DNA of 64,000 nucleotides from Nitrospiraceae bacterium (GTDB lineage Bacteria > Nitrospirota > Thermodesulfovibrionia > UBA6902): NCBI GenBank assembly GCA_003599025.1, contig QZIL01000043.1:2630-66629 (forward strand). Reading direction: 5' to 3'. Within the stretch, counting starts at the first letter, position 1, and every line of letters begins with the position of its first letter. Of the stretch, positions 8,463 through 17,506 are shown one piece after another. The notes beneath the pieces are model-generated. The model worked only from the letters and a program-made list of their open reading frames with translations, had not been told where the DNA came from and searched no databases. Position numbers and translations under genes: made by a program.

Positions 8463-10118
8463 GTGGAAAAAGCAAAAATATTAATCGTAGAAGATGAAGC
8501 CATTATCGCAAAGGACCTGCAGTGGAGACTGGAAGGGATGGGATATGATGCACCTTTGATAGTGGCTACAGGAAAAGAGGCCGTTGATAAAGCACATGCC
8601 ATCAGGCCTGATCTTATTTTAATGGACATCATGCTGCTCGGGCCAATGGACGGCATTGAGGCCTCCAAACAAATCCGCTCAGAGATCGACATACCGATCA
8701 TATATCTCACTGCATACGCAGACGAAGAAGTGCTGGAAAGGGCCAAGATAACCGGGCCCTTCGGATATCTCATCAAACCCATTGGAGACAGGGAGCTGCA
8801 CAGCAATATCGAAATAACCCTTCACAAGCACAGAGTAGACAAAAAATTACGTGAGAATGAAAAATGGCTTTTCACTGTGCTCACCAGTATTGGCGATGCA
8901 GTCATAAGCACAGATACAAACGGACACATTCTGTTTATGAACCCGGCAGCTGAAGTCCTTACGGGCTGGAAAGAAGAGGAGGTCTCAGGCAGGACGCTCG
9001 AAGATATCTTTAATATCATAAACGAAAAAACAGGAGATAAGGTCGAAAGCCCTGTTCAGAAAGTGCTGAGACAGGGCACAGTGGTGGGTCTTGCAAATAA
9101 TACGATATTGATTACCAGAAACGGGACAAGGATCCCGATCGATGACAGCGGCTCTCCGATAAAAGATGAAAAAGGCAATATACTGGGAGTGGTCATGGTT
9201 TTTTCCGATATCAGCACAAGGAGAAGGGCGGAAACACTGCTTATGCAGTCCAAGAAGGATTGGGAAGACACCTTTAATACAATTACGGACATGATCACGA
9301 TCCACGACAAGGATTTCAATATCATCAGGGCCAACAGGGCGGCTGAAAAGATACTTGGGCTGCCCCTGCTTAACACATCAAAGGCAGAGTGTTTCAGATA
9401 TTACCATGGAACAGCCAATCCGCCCCGGAGCTGCCCGAGCTGTGAGTGCCTTAAAACGGGTGAACCGTCAACATTTGAAATTTACGAACCTCATCTGAAC
9501 ATGTACCTTGAACTGAGGGCCATGCCGAGGTTTGACAGCAACAATAATCTTATCGGGTTGATACATGTTGCCAGGGACATTAGTGAAAGGAAAAAGATAG
9601 AGGAGGAGATAAAGAGGGCAAAGGTTGAATGGGAGATGACATTTGACAGCGCGAATGAATTTATAGTGCTCGTTGACAGGGGACTGAATATATCGCGGTG
9701 CAATAAAAGCTTTGCCAGGTTCGTAAAAAAATCCATCGACGAAATCATCGGAAAGAAGTGTTCCCTGTTTTTTCCCTGTGATGCTGTGAGGAACGATGAA
9801 TCAAAATCTGCCTCGAACATCGAGATTAAAACCGATACAGGCCACTGGCTCTACCTGAGTTCGTATTCAATCCTTGATGAGAAGGGCGAATTCCTCCACA
9901 CGATTATCATGGCAACAGATATAACTGATATGAAAAATACCCAGCAGAGACTCCTGAAGTCTGAGGATGAACTCATATCCAGAGTCAAGGAGCTTGAAGA
10001 TTTCTATGAAATGGCTGTTGGCAGGGAGCTGAAGATGAAGGAACTTAAAAGCGAGATCTCGAAGCTGAAAAAGGTGCTCGCAAAGGAAAAGGAATCAACA
10101 GAAAAAATTGATTCTTAA
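8463..10118 (+). CDS. Response regulator: REC + three PAS domains + C-terminal coiled coil, no enzymatic or DNA-binding output
   Basis: 551-aa ORF with a GTG start. REC motifs are ILIVEDE, DLILMDIMLLGPMDG and GYLIKP. PAS-like segments include one with CFRYYHGTANPPRSCPSCEC. The protein ends in ELEDFYEMAVGRELKMKELKSEISKLKK. Confidence 0.9.
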   Translation: MEKAKILIVEDEAIIAKDLQWRLEGMGYDAPLIVATGKEAVDKAHAIRPDLILMDIMLLGPMDGIEASKQIRSEIDIPIIYLTAYADEEVLERAKITGPFGYLIKPIGDRELHSNIEITLHKHRVDKKLRENEKWLFTVLTSIGDAVISTDTNGHILFMNPAAEVLTGWKEEEVSGRTLEDIFNIINEKTGDKVESPVQKVLRQGTVVGLANNTILITRNGTRIPIDDSGSPIKDEKGNILGVVMVFSDISTRRRAETLLMQSKKDWEDTFNTITDMITIHDKDFNIIRANRAAEKILGLPLLNTSKAECFRYYHGTANPPRSCPSCECLKTGEPSTFEIYEPHLNMYLELRAMPRFDSNNNLIGLIHVARDISERKKIEEEIKRAKVEWEMTFDSANEFIVLVDRGLNISRCNKSFARFVKKSIDEIIGKKCSLFFPCDAVRNDESKSASNIEIKTDTGHWLYLSSYSILDEKGEFLHTIIMATDITDMKNTQQRLLKSEDELISRVKELEDFYEMAVGRELKMKELKSEISKLKKVLAKEKESTEKIDS

Positions 10119-10163
10119 ATCAACTGAATTGCAGTCAGTAATTACTCTTAACTGGAAGGAACA

Positions 10164-12227
10164 ATGATCAAGGTCCTCCTTACACTATTGCTAACTTTGC
10201 TTACCTGTATCTCAAACGCTTCTGCTTTTGACACCGCAGCGCTCCAAACAGAGACTGCAGAGGAGCTTCTCTTCTTCTTTGAGGAGGAGGAGCTTGTGAT
10301 CGCAACAAGGAGCACGATCCCTGTCAGAAAGGCTCCGGCAATAGCCACGGTCATCACCGCCCAGGAAATAAGGAACATGGGAGCAAGGAACACTCTTGAT
10401 GTGCTAAAGACAGTCCCCGGCTTTGGCGTGTCCACCACCGAATTCAACCTGAAGATGCTTGAGGTCCGGGGGATACTGACACAGCTGTCCGAAAAGGTCC
10501 TCTTCATGATCGACAGCCACCGTGTAAACCTCCATTGGAACGGAAGCGCGCTTTATCAGATCGTCAATACCATCCCTGTAGAGAACATAAAAAGGATTGA
10601 GGTCATCAGGGGGCCTGGTTCAGTACTGTACGGCGCAAACGCCTTTGTCGCGGTAATAAATATTGTCACAAAAGAAGCTGAAGATATAAAGGGCATTCAA
10701 CTGACTGCGGGAGGAGGAAGTTTTGATACAGAGCATTACAACCTTCTGTACGGGCATAACGGGCAGAAATTAAAAATCATGGGCAGTCTCGACTATTACG
10801 ATACGGACGGGGCCAGGATCAGAATTGAGGAAGATGCGCTCACCGGAACCCCTTTTACAAAAACCCCCGGAACAACCCGTCTCGGAGAGGAAAAGACCGA
10901 CCTGTTTTTAAAGGCGTCATACGGCGACCTGTCATTTCGCGGGCACTATCAGCAGGAACGGAATGAACAGTATATCGGAATGGGTTATGCGCTCACGGAT
11001 GAAAGTTATCATAAGCAGACCAGCTACTGGCTTGAACTGGACTACAACCTCAATATCACCAATGACCTCTCTTCACATATAAAAATACATCTGGACAATT
11101 TCAGGCAGGAACCCCATGTCAAAATCATGCCGGATGGTTTTGCCGGCATGTTCCCCAGCGGGATGATCGGGCAGCCCTTTCTCAGGAACAGGAGTATGGG
11201 GGGTGAACTTCAGGTGGATTATGACATATGGGACAATAATCACTTGACAGCCGGAGCCTACTACGAAAAGGTAAAGCAGTATGACGTAAAGCATTATACC
11301 AACTTCGATCCCCGTGTCTTTCCTCCTGTTCCCGTAGACCTCGGCCCTGTTCAGAATGTGTCATCGTGGGCGAACTGGAACCAGGACACCAAAAGAGAGA
11401 TCTGGGCGTTTTATGTTCAGGATGAGTGGGAAATCATTGATAACTTAAATCTCACTGCAGGCCTGCGGCATGACCACTACAGCGATTTCGGAGATACGAC
11501 GAATCCGAGGGTCGGTATCGTATGGGGCTTTTGGGAGAAGGCTGATTTAAAGCTTCTGTACGGCAAGGCGTTCAGGGCCCCGAATTTTGTTGAGCTATAC
11601 AACCGCAATAATCCTGTCAATGTCGGCAATACTGACTTGAAGCCCGAAATGATCACTACGTACGAGGCAAGCATCGGTTTTAAACCCGCAAGGCCATTTA
11701 CGGTTGATCTTAATTATTTCTACAGTGATATTCAGGACCTGATAATCTGGAACTCTCAATCACCTGCGGTCCACGTGAATGCAGGGGAAGCCAAAGTCAA
11801 CGGCATCGAACTTGTGATGACCGGGAAGTACACGTCTGAAAATTACTGGAAACTGTCCTACACATATCAGGACCCTGAAGACTCTGCCACCGGAGAGAGA
11901 TTGCCATATGTTCCTTTACACCGGGCTTCCGCAAATATAAATTACGGCCTTACTAAATATCTGAACGTGCATACCGATGTGTTATGGACAGGCGAACGGT
12001 CGAGACCGGAGGGTGACACGAGAGACCCTGTGGCTTCTTATACTACAGTTGATCTAGCATTAATATTAAAGAACTTTTACAGGACCCTTGAGATACAGGG
12101 TACAGTCCATAATCTCTTTGATGAGGATTATGAAGACCCCGATACATCAGGTGATAAACAGTACATTACCGGTGATTTCCCGAGAGAAGGGATTTCCGGG
12201 ATGATAAGTGTCAGTTATAAATTTTGA
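10164..12227 (+). CDS. TonB-dependent outer-membrane receptor (paralogue 1)
   Basis: 687-aa ORF with a signal peptide. Plug motifs are VIATRSTIPVRKAPAIATVITAQEIRNMGARN and IEVIRGPGSVLYGANAF. The barrel has alternating beta-strands and the C-terminal residue is aromatic (..SYKF). Confidence 0.93.
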   Translation: MIKVLLTLLLTLLTCISNASAFDTAALQTETAEELLFFFEEEELVIATRSTIPVRKAPAIATVITAQEIRNMGARNTLDVLKTVPGFGVSTTEFNLKMLEVRGILTQLSEKVLFMIDSHRVNLHWNGSALYQIVNTIPVENIKRIEVIRGPGSVLYGANAFVAVINIVTKEAEDIKGIQLTAGGGSFDTEHYNLLYGHNGQKLKIMGSLDYYDTDGARIRIEEDALTGTPFTKTPGTTRLGEEKTDLFLKASYGDLSFRGHYQQERNEQYIGMGYALTDESYHKQTSYWLELDYNLNITNDLSSHIKIHLDNFRQEPHVKIMPDGFAGMFPSGMIGQPFLRNRSMGGELQVDYDIWDNNHLTAGAYYEKVKQYDVKHYTNFDPRVFPPVPVDLGPVQNVSSWANWNQDTKREIWAFYVQDEWEIIDNLNLTAGLRHDHYSDFGDTTNPRVGIVWGFWEKADLKLLYGKAFRAPNFVELYNRNNPVNVGNTDLKPEMITTYEASIGFKPARPFTVDLNYFYSDIQDLIIWNSQSPAVHVNAGEAKVNGIELVMTGKYTSENYWKLSYTYQDPEDSATGERLPYVPLHRASANINYGLTKYLNVHTDVLWTGERSRPEGDTRDPVASYTTVDLALILKNFYRTLEIQGTVHNLFDEDYEDPDTSGDKQYITGDFPREGISGMISVSYKF

Positions 12228-12282
12228 TAAACAGTATATAACGTACGCAGACTACTACTCATGGTTCATAATACTTTTTGCC

Positions 12283-12352
12283 GTCATTCCTGGGAAAACA
12301 GGAATCCAGCTTTATTAAGAAGTTACTGGATACCCGCTTTCACGGGTATGAC
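12283..12352. repeat. Compound hairpin repeat, GTCATTCC family (copy B)
   Basis: Sequence reads GTCATTCCTGGgaaaaCAGGAATCC - TTTATTAAG - GGATACCCGctttcaCGGGTATGAC. The two-hairpin layout and central TTTATTAAG match copy A. Confidence 0.7.
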
Positions 12353-12393
12353 ATCATTCTTACACATTAAGGCATACTGCAACAGCCTGACAA

Positions 12394-14427
12394 ATGGAGA
12401 ACAGAATGAATAAATTCCTATTTACTATCTTAATCTTATTGATTACCTGTTCAGCTTCCTTTGCCCTTGAGTTTGCGGAACTCCGGACCGAAACAGCCGA
12501 AGAGCTTCTTTTTTTCTACGAGCAGGAAGAGCTTGTTATTGCTACAAGGCAGTCAATTCCCGTAAGCAAGGCCCCCGCCATAGCTACAGTCATTACAGAC
12601 AGGGAGATACGGAACATGGGGGCAAGGACCCTGTTTGATATTCTAAAGAGGGTTCCGGGCATAGGGGTCTCCATAGCTAACGTTGCAGTGTATCACACCA
12701 TTGAAGTAAGAGGGGTAAAGTCCCTTAACAGCGAAAAAGTACTCATCATGGTTGACGGCCACAGGATTAATGAAGAGATGCATGGCTCTTCGGCTTTTTT
12801 CTTCGGGTATATGTCGGTTGACAGCATAAAAAGAGTCGAAATAATCAGGGGGCCCGGCTCTGCTCTTTATGGAGCCAACGCCTTTTTAGCTGTAATCAAT
12901 ATTATCACCAAAGAGGCAGCAGACATAAAAGGGCTTCAGGTCACTGCAGGAACTGGAAGCTTTGATACACAGCACTACAACATTCTGTTCGGATATGACG
13001 CCGAGAAGTTAAAGATATCAGGCTTTATTGACTACCTTGATACAAACGGACCTTCTTCATTTATAGAGCAGGATGCTGCAGGTGAATCAGGTGATACGCT
13101 TGAGTGGCAGGAAAGACCGGACATGGGACTTTCCATTTCTTATGACGACCTTACTCTGAGAGTGCGGTATCTCAGGAATGAAATGGGACCAATTATCGGT
13201 GCTGGTTCCGCCCTTAATGACGAATCGGTCCAGGACTGGGGCCAGTACTATGCCGATCTCTCCTATAACAAGGGCATAACTGAATATCTCGATATAACAA
13301 CAAGGCTGTATTACGACCAGGTCATTTTAAACCCATACTGGGAACTGTTCTCCGAAGGCTTCAGAGGGATTTATCCCGATGGACTGCTGGGCAACCCTGA
13401 ATCAAAGCACAGGAAACTGGGCGGTGAGATTACAACAGATTACTCTTTGTCCGATCACCTGATCACGGCAGGGGTCATGTATGAACATGTTAAGCAGTAT
13501 GATGTGCATTCTTTCGGTAATTTTCACCCTATAACTTTTGCTCCTCAGGACTACGAGGAGACAGCCAACTTTAACAGGAATGTGAAGAGAGAGATCTTTG
13601 GACTCTATGTTCAGGATGTCTGGGATGTTATGGACACTATGTCATTGACAGCCGGAATTCGGTATGACCATTATTCCGATTTTGGGGAGACCACAAACCC
13701 GAGGGCAGGACTTGTATGGGAATTTATAGAGAATACGTCTCTAAAGATGCTGTATGGCAGTGCCTTCATAGCCCCTAATTTCTCCCAGCTCTACCACGCT
13801 AACAACCCATCACTCATCGGGAACCCGGAACTTGATCCCGAGACAATCCATACTTACGAGATTGGCATTGAACACCGTTTCCTTGAAAAATATACTGCAA
13901 GACTAAACTACTTCTACAACGAAATATCAGACATAATTGTAAGCGGCGAGAAACCTTCTCCAACAGAGCCAGCGCAATACAAAAACAGGGATGAGGCCGA
14001 AATAGACGGCATTGAAGCGGAACTGCACTTTGATTTCGGCCATGATAATTACGGTCATTTGAATTACAGTTATCAGCATCCGGTTGATGATAATACAGGA
14101 CAGAGGCTGCCCGATGTCCCGGCCCACAGGGCGAATGCGGAGATCAATTACGCGCCGTGGAAATATCTGAACACAAATGTGAGCGTATCCTGGGTCGGGA
14201 AAAGATACAGAGACGACAGGGACACGAGGGATGATCTGCCCGCTGAAACACTGGTCGACCTGACGCTGATCGCGAAGAACTTTTATAGGACACTGCAAAT
14301 CAGGGGATCGGTCTACAATCTCTTTGATGAAAATTACCTCGACCCCAATCCATATCCGGGACAGGTGCCCAATGACTATCCGGCAAACAAACGGATGTTT
14401 ATGTTTGAGGCAAGGTATACATTTTAA
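12394..14427 (+). CDS. TonB-dependent outer-membrane receptor (paralogue 2)
   Basis: 677-aa ORF. The plug is nearly identical to paralogue 1 (ETAEELLFFYEQEELVIATRQSIPVSKAPAIATVIT, IEIIRGPGSALYGANAF). It ends ..ARYTF. Confidence 0.93.
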   Translation: MENRMNKFLFTILILLITCSASFALEFAELRTETAEELLFFYEQEELVIATRQSIPVSKAPAIATVITDREIRNMGARTLFDILKRVPGIGVSIANVAVYHTIEVRGVKSLNSEKVLIMVDGHRINEEMHGSSAFFFGYMSVDSIKRVEIIRGPGSALYGANAFLAVINIITKEAADIKGLQVTAGTGSFDTQHYNILFGYDAEKLKISGFIDYLDTNGPSSFIEQDAAGESGDTLEWQERPDMGLSISYDDLTLRVRYLRNEMGPIIGAGSALNDESVQDWGQYYADLSYNKGITEYLDITTRLYYDQVILNPYWELFSEGFRGIYPDGLLGNPESKHRKLGGEITTDYSLSDHLITAGVMYEHVKQYDVHSFGNFHPITFAPQDYEETANFNRNVKREIFGLYVQDVWDVMDTMSLTAGIRYDHYSDFGETTNPRAGLVWEFIENTSLKMLYGSAFIAPNFSQLYHANNPSLIGNPELDPETIHTYEIGIEHRFLEKYTARLNYFYNEISDIIVSGEKPSPTEPAQYKNRDEAEIDGIEAELHFDFGHDNYGHLNYSYQHPVDDNTGQRLPDVPAHRANAEINYAPWKYLNTNVSVSWVGKRYRDDRDTRDDLPAETLVDLTLIAKNFYRTLQIRGSVYNLFDENYLDPNPYPGQVPNDYPANKRMFMFEARYTF

Positions 14428-14462
14428 ATGTTAAAATACGGAATCAGGTTATTAGTGAACAT

Positions 14463-15365
14463 ATGAGGGGACCCGTGCTGAAGCATAATTATAAATTATT
14501 TATTATTCTGACTGCTCTCATGGCGGTCCCTCTGTCTGTCTGGACTGTGGAGTCGGCTGACCTGCTAATTATAGGTGACACAAAGCTCAAGCCGGTGTCG
14601 GACTTAATCGCGGGGATAGAAGAGGACTTATCATATTCAGCAACGGTCAGGTCTCCGGCAGATGTGAAGGACAATTTTGAAGGTATTATTCAAAGTGAAG
14701 GCGCAAAGGCTGTGGTGGCACTTGGTCAGGACGCTGTCAATGTCTCGCTGTCGCTGCCCGAATCAATTCCGGTCATTTACGGTCTTATTATTAATCCCCC
14801 TGAAACTTCTAGAAGAAACATGACAGGTGTTTATATGGCAACACCTGTTAGTGAATATATATCTTTTATAAATAAGTATTTCCCTGCCATTAAACGGATC
14901 GGAATAATATGTGAGCCCAGAACCAGGGACCTTGTGTGCCAGGGGGCGGTCCCGGCAAATGCTGTGTTTTACTATGCGACAAATCCATATGAATTCATCT
15001 CCGCCGTAAGCGGAATGCGAAACAATGTAGATGCGCTGCTGCTGCTTCCGGAGAAAAACCTCCTCTCCCAGACCGCTCTTGAGAAGGCGTATCTCTATTC
15101 CTTCAGGGACAACATCCCTGTCATCGGCATTTCTGAAAAATACGTTAAAACCGGCTCCCTCTTTTCTCTCGGTTTCGACGCTGCTGACATGGAAAGACAG
15201 CTCGCAAATCTCATTGTAAAGGTGCTTACTCGAGGGAAAGCAGCAGGCATGCCACAATCTGCTCCTGAAAAATTCACCCTGTATATAAACAGAAAAACAG
15301 CGGAAGCCACAGGTGTTCATGTCCCGCCTGTACTTCTTAATATGGCTGAAAGGGTATATCCATAA
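14463..15365 (+). CDS. Periplasmic solute-binding protein, ABC_sub_bind-like, with no cognate permease or ATPase
   Basis: 300-aa ORF with a signal peptide. Motifs are RNMTGVY and the C-terminal [18 protein letters not shown]. Its stop overlaps the start of the next kinase by 1 nt (TAATG). Confidence 0.75.
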   Translation: MRGPVLKHNYKLFIILTALMAVPLSVWTVESADLLIIGDTKLKPVSDLIAGIEEDLSYSATVRSPADVKDNFEGIIQSEGAKAVVALGQDAVNVSLSLPESIPVIYGLIINPPETSRRNMTGVYMATPVSEYISFINKYFPAIKRIGIICEPRTRDLVCQGAVPANAVFYYATNPYEFISAVSGMRNNVDALLLLPEKNLLSQTALEKAYLYSFRDNIPVIGISEKYVKTGSLFSLGFDAADMERQLANLIVKVLTRGKAAGMPQSAPEKFTLYINRKTAEATGVHVPPVLLNMAERVYP

Positions 15366-17308
15366 TGGCGTTTCTTGCAGGCACGATAAACAAAATCATA
15401 AGCGAGATACTGCCGAAGCGTTTTAATACCATAAGAATAAAACTGCTTGTTGTGGCCGTTGCCGGGCTTGTGCTTGCCTCAATTATCTACACAATTGATT
15501 CTGTCAGGTCTGAACAGGCGATCATGAGAAAAGAGATCGACAAAAAAGTGGAGGTTGTGACCAGGCTTGCCACAAATTTAGGGGAACTTCCGCTCCTGTC
15601 AAGAAATCCGGAGCTTATGCAAAGGACCCTCGCATCCCTTAAGAATGTTGCAGATGTATCATATGCTGCGTTCTACGACTTTGATATGAATCTGCTCGAA
15701 CAAACCGGCGATACCCCCCTCCCCGTCTGCGATCATCCCCGCAAACCGGACATGTCGTTTGTGGAAGGACCGCACTATATCGATCTTTGTGCGCCTGTAT
15801 TTAGTATCAGGGCGGGTGAGGACATCGGTATCTTTCGCGATGATGCTGCCATGGACACAAGAGATCAGGTCGGATGGATACGGATCGGGTTCTCCAAGGC
15901 TTATCTGAATGAGGCCCAGCAGTCGATCATCTTAAGAGGGGTCCTGATAGCGCTTATTTTTACCTTCCTGAGCAGTCTGCTCGTATACAAATTGACTGCA
16001 GCAGCTACAAAACCCCTTACCCTGCTGTCAGGCGCGGTACAGAGCGTCAGGGACGGCAGATATCCCGAGTTGTCTGTCTCCTCCGGAGATGAAGTGGGCA
16101 TACTCACTTCCGAGTTTAACAGGATGAGCAGGTCAATAAGCGAAAGAGAGGAGATGCTGGTAACACGAGCCAGACTGTCTTCCTTTGTCTCTGACATCGG
16201 TTTTGTTCTGACTGAAGGCGCTCCACTCCGGACAACACTTCAGCACTGCACAGAAATTATTGTTACTCAGATTGACTCAGCGCTGGTGCGCATATGGACA
16301 TTCGACCTTGAAGAAAATGCTTTCGTTCTGCAGGCCAGCTCCGGCATATATACTCCGGCAGACAGCCCGGTCAGCCGACTTCCTGCTGATGGGTCCACAC
16401 TCTGGACCGCCGCTGAGCAACTACAGCCTCAATTTGCCAACTCGGTCCATATACTTAATGCCGCGGAACGGGAATGGGCAGATAAAGCAGGGATCGTCTC
16501 TTTTGCGATTTTTCCCCTGGCAATAGAATCCAGGCTCGTCGGCATGCTCGAAATATATTCAGGAAGGCAGCTGCTTAATGAAACATTTACAACACTGGAT
16601 ACTGTAGCAGACCAGATTGCCATAGGCATACAGCGAAAGCTTGCGGAGCAGCACATCGAGGCCTCACTCGTGGAAAAAGAAGTCCTGCTCAGGGAGATAC
16701 ACCACAGGGTCAAAAACAACATGCAGGTTATATCGAGTCTGCTGAACTTTCAGACCCGTTATGTTAATGATAAACAGTTCATCACTATCCTTAATGAAAG
16801 CCAGAACCGCATTAAATCCATGGCCCTTATACACGAAAAGCTGTACCGGTCCAGTGACCTGGCAAATGTAGACTTCAATGATTACATCACAAACCTCTCA
16901 CATGATCTGTTTAAATTTTACGGAGTGGATACGGACAGGATCACCCTTAAGCTCGACCTGCAAAGGATTGCCTTTGAAATCGATACCGCCATCCCCTGCG
17001 GCCTGCTGGTAAATGAACTCCTTACCAATTCCCTGAAGCATGCGTTCCCGGATGGAAGAAGGGGGGAAATACATATAATCCTCAGGGAGAAGAACGCTGA
17101 TAAAGGCAGCCATTATGAAATGACTGTAAGTGACAACGGCATCGGAATACCTGCAGATCTTGATATCACAAAAACAAAATCATTAGGTTTACAGCTGATC
17201 CACACTTTATCAGAACATCAGCTCCAGGGCCGACTGGACCTGGACAGATCAAACGGGACTACATTTCATATCACCTTCAGGAAGCTAAAGTACAAAAAAA
17301 GGATTTAA
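15365..17308 (+). CDS. Sensor histidine kinase: TM-periplasmic domain-TM-HAMP-GAF-HisKA_2-HATPase
   Basis: 647-aa ORF. HAMP motif is [23 protein letters not shown]-like block reads VRIWTFD...[21 protein letters not shown]-box is [27 protein letters not shown]. ATPase motifs are [12 protein letters not shown] and DNGIGIP. Confidence 0.92.
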   Translation: MAFLAGTINKIISEILPKRFNTIRIKLLVVAVAGLVLASIIYTIDSVRSEQAIMRKEIDKKVEVVTRLATNLGELPLLSRNPELMQRTLASLKNVADVSYAAFYDFDMNLLEQTGDTPLPVCDHPRKPDMSFVEGPHYIDLCAPVFSIRAGEDIGIFRDDAAMDTRDQVGWIRIGFSKAYLNEAQQSIILRGVLIALIFTFLSSLLVYKLTAAATKPLTLLSGAVQSVRDGRYPELSVSSGDEVGILTSEFNRMSRSISEREEMLVTRARLSSFVSDIGFVLTEGAPLRTTLQHCTEIIVTQIDSALVRIWTFDLEENAFVLQASSGIYTPADSPVSRLPADGSTLWTAAEQLQPQFANSVHILNAAEREWADKAGIVSFAIFPLAIESRLVGMLEIYSGRQLLNETFTTLDTVADQIAIGIQRKLAEQHIEASLVEKEVLLREIHHRVKNNMQVISSLLNFQTRYVNDKQFITILNESQNRIKSMALIHEKLYRSSDLANVDFNDYITNLSHDLFKFYGVDTDRITLKLDLQRIAFEIDTAIPCGLLVNELLTNSLKHAFPDGRRGEIHIILREKNADKGSHYEMTVSDNGIGIPADLDITKTKSLGLQLIHTLSEHQLQGRLDLDRSNGTTFHITFRKLKYKKRI

Positions 17309-17320
17309 TCAAGTCGTTAA

Positions 17321-17443
17321 AAGGATTCAAGGATTCAAGGAGTCGAGATAAAATCCGGTTTTTAGTTTTCGGACTATAGATCAGAAAACAGCGAACAACT
17401 TTATTATCACTTGACCCCTTGGACCCTCGAATCCTTGGACCCT
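17321..17443. repeat. Periodic-arm hairpin element (8-mer arrays in inverted orientation)
   Basis: The left arm is AAGGATTC AAGGATTC AAGGAGTC. The reverse complement of the right arm is AGGGTCC AAGGATTC GAGGGTCC AAGGGGTC. The arms flank a ~60-nt centre. The element lies in the convergent gap between the kinase gene and ftsZ. Confidence 0.65.
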
Positions 17444-17506
17444 ATACTGAAATGATCAATAAAGTCTTAACTTGCTTATCCACTCTATTCCCGGAAAAAC
17501 TCTCTT

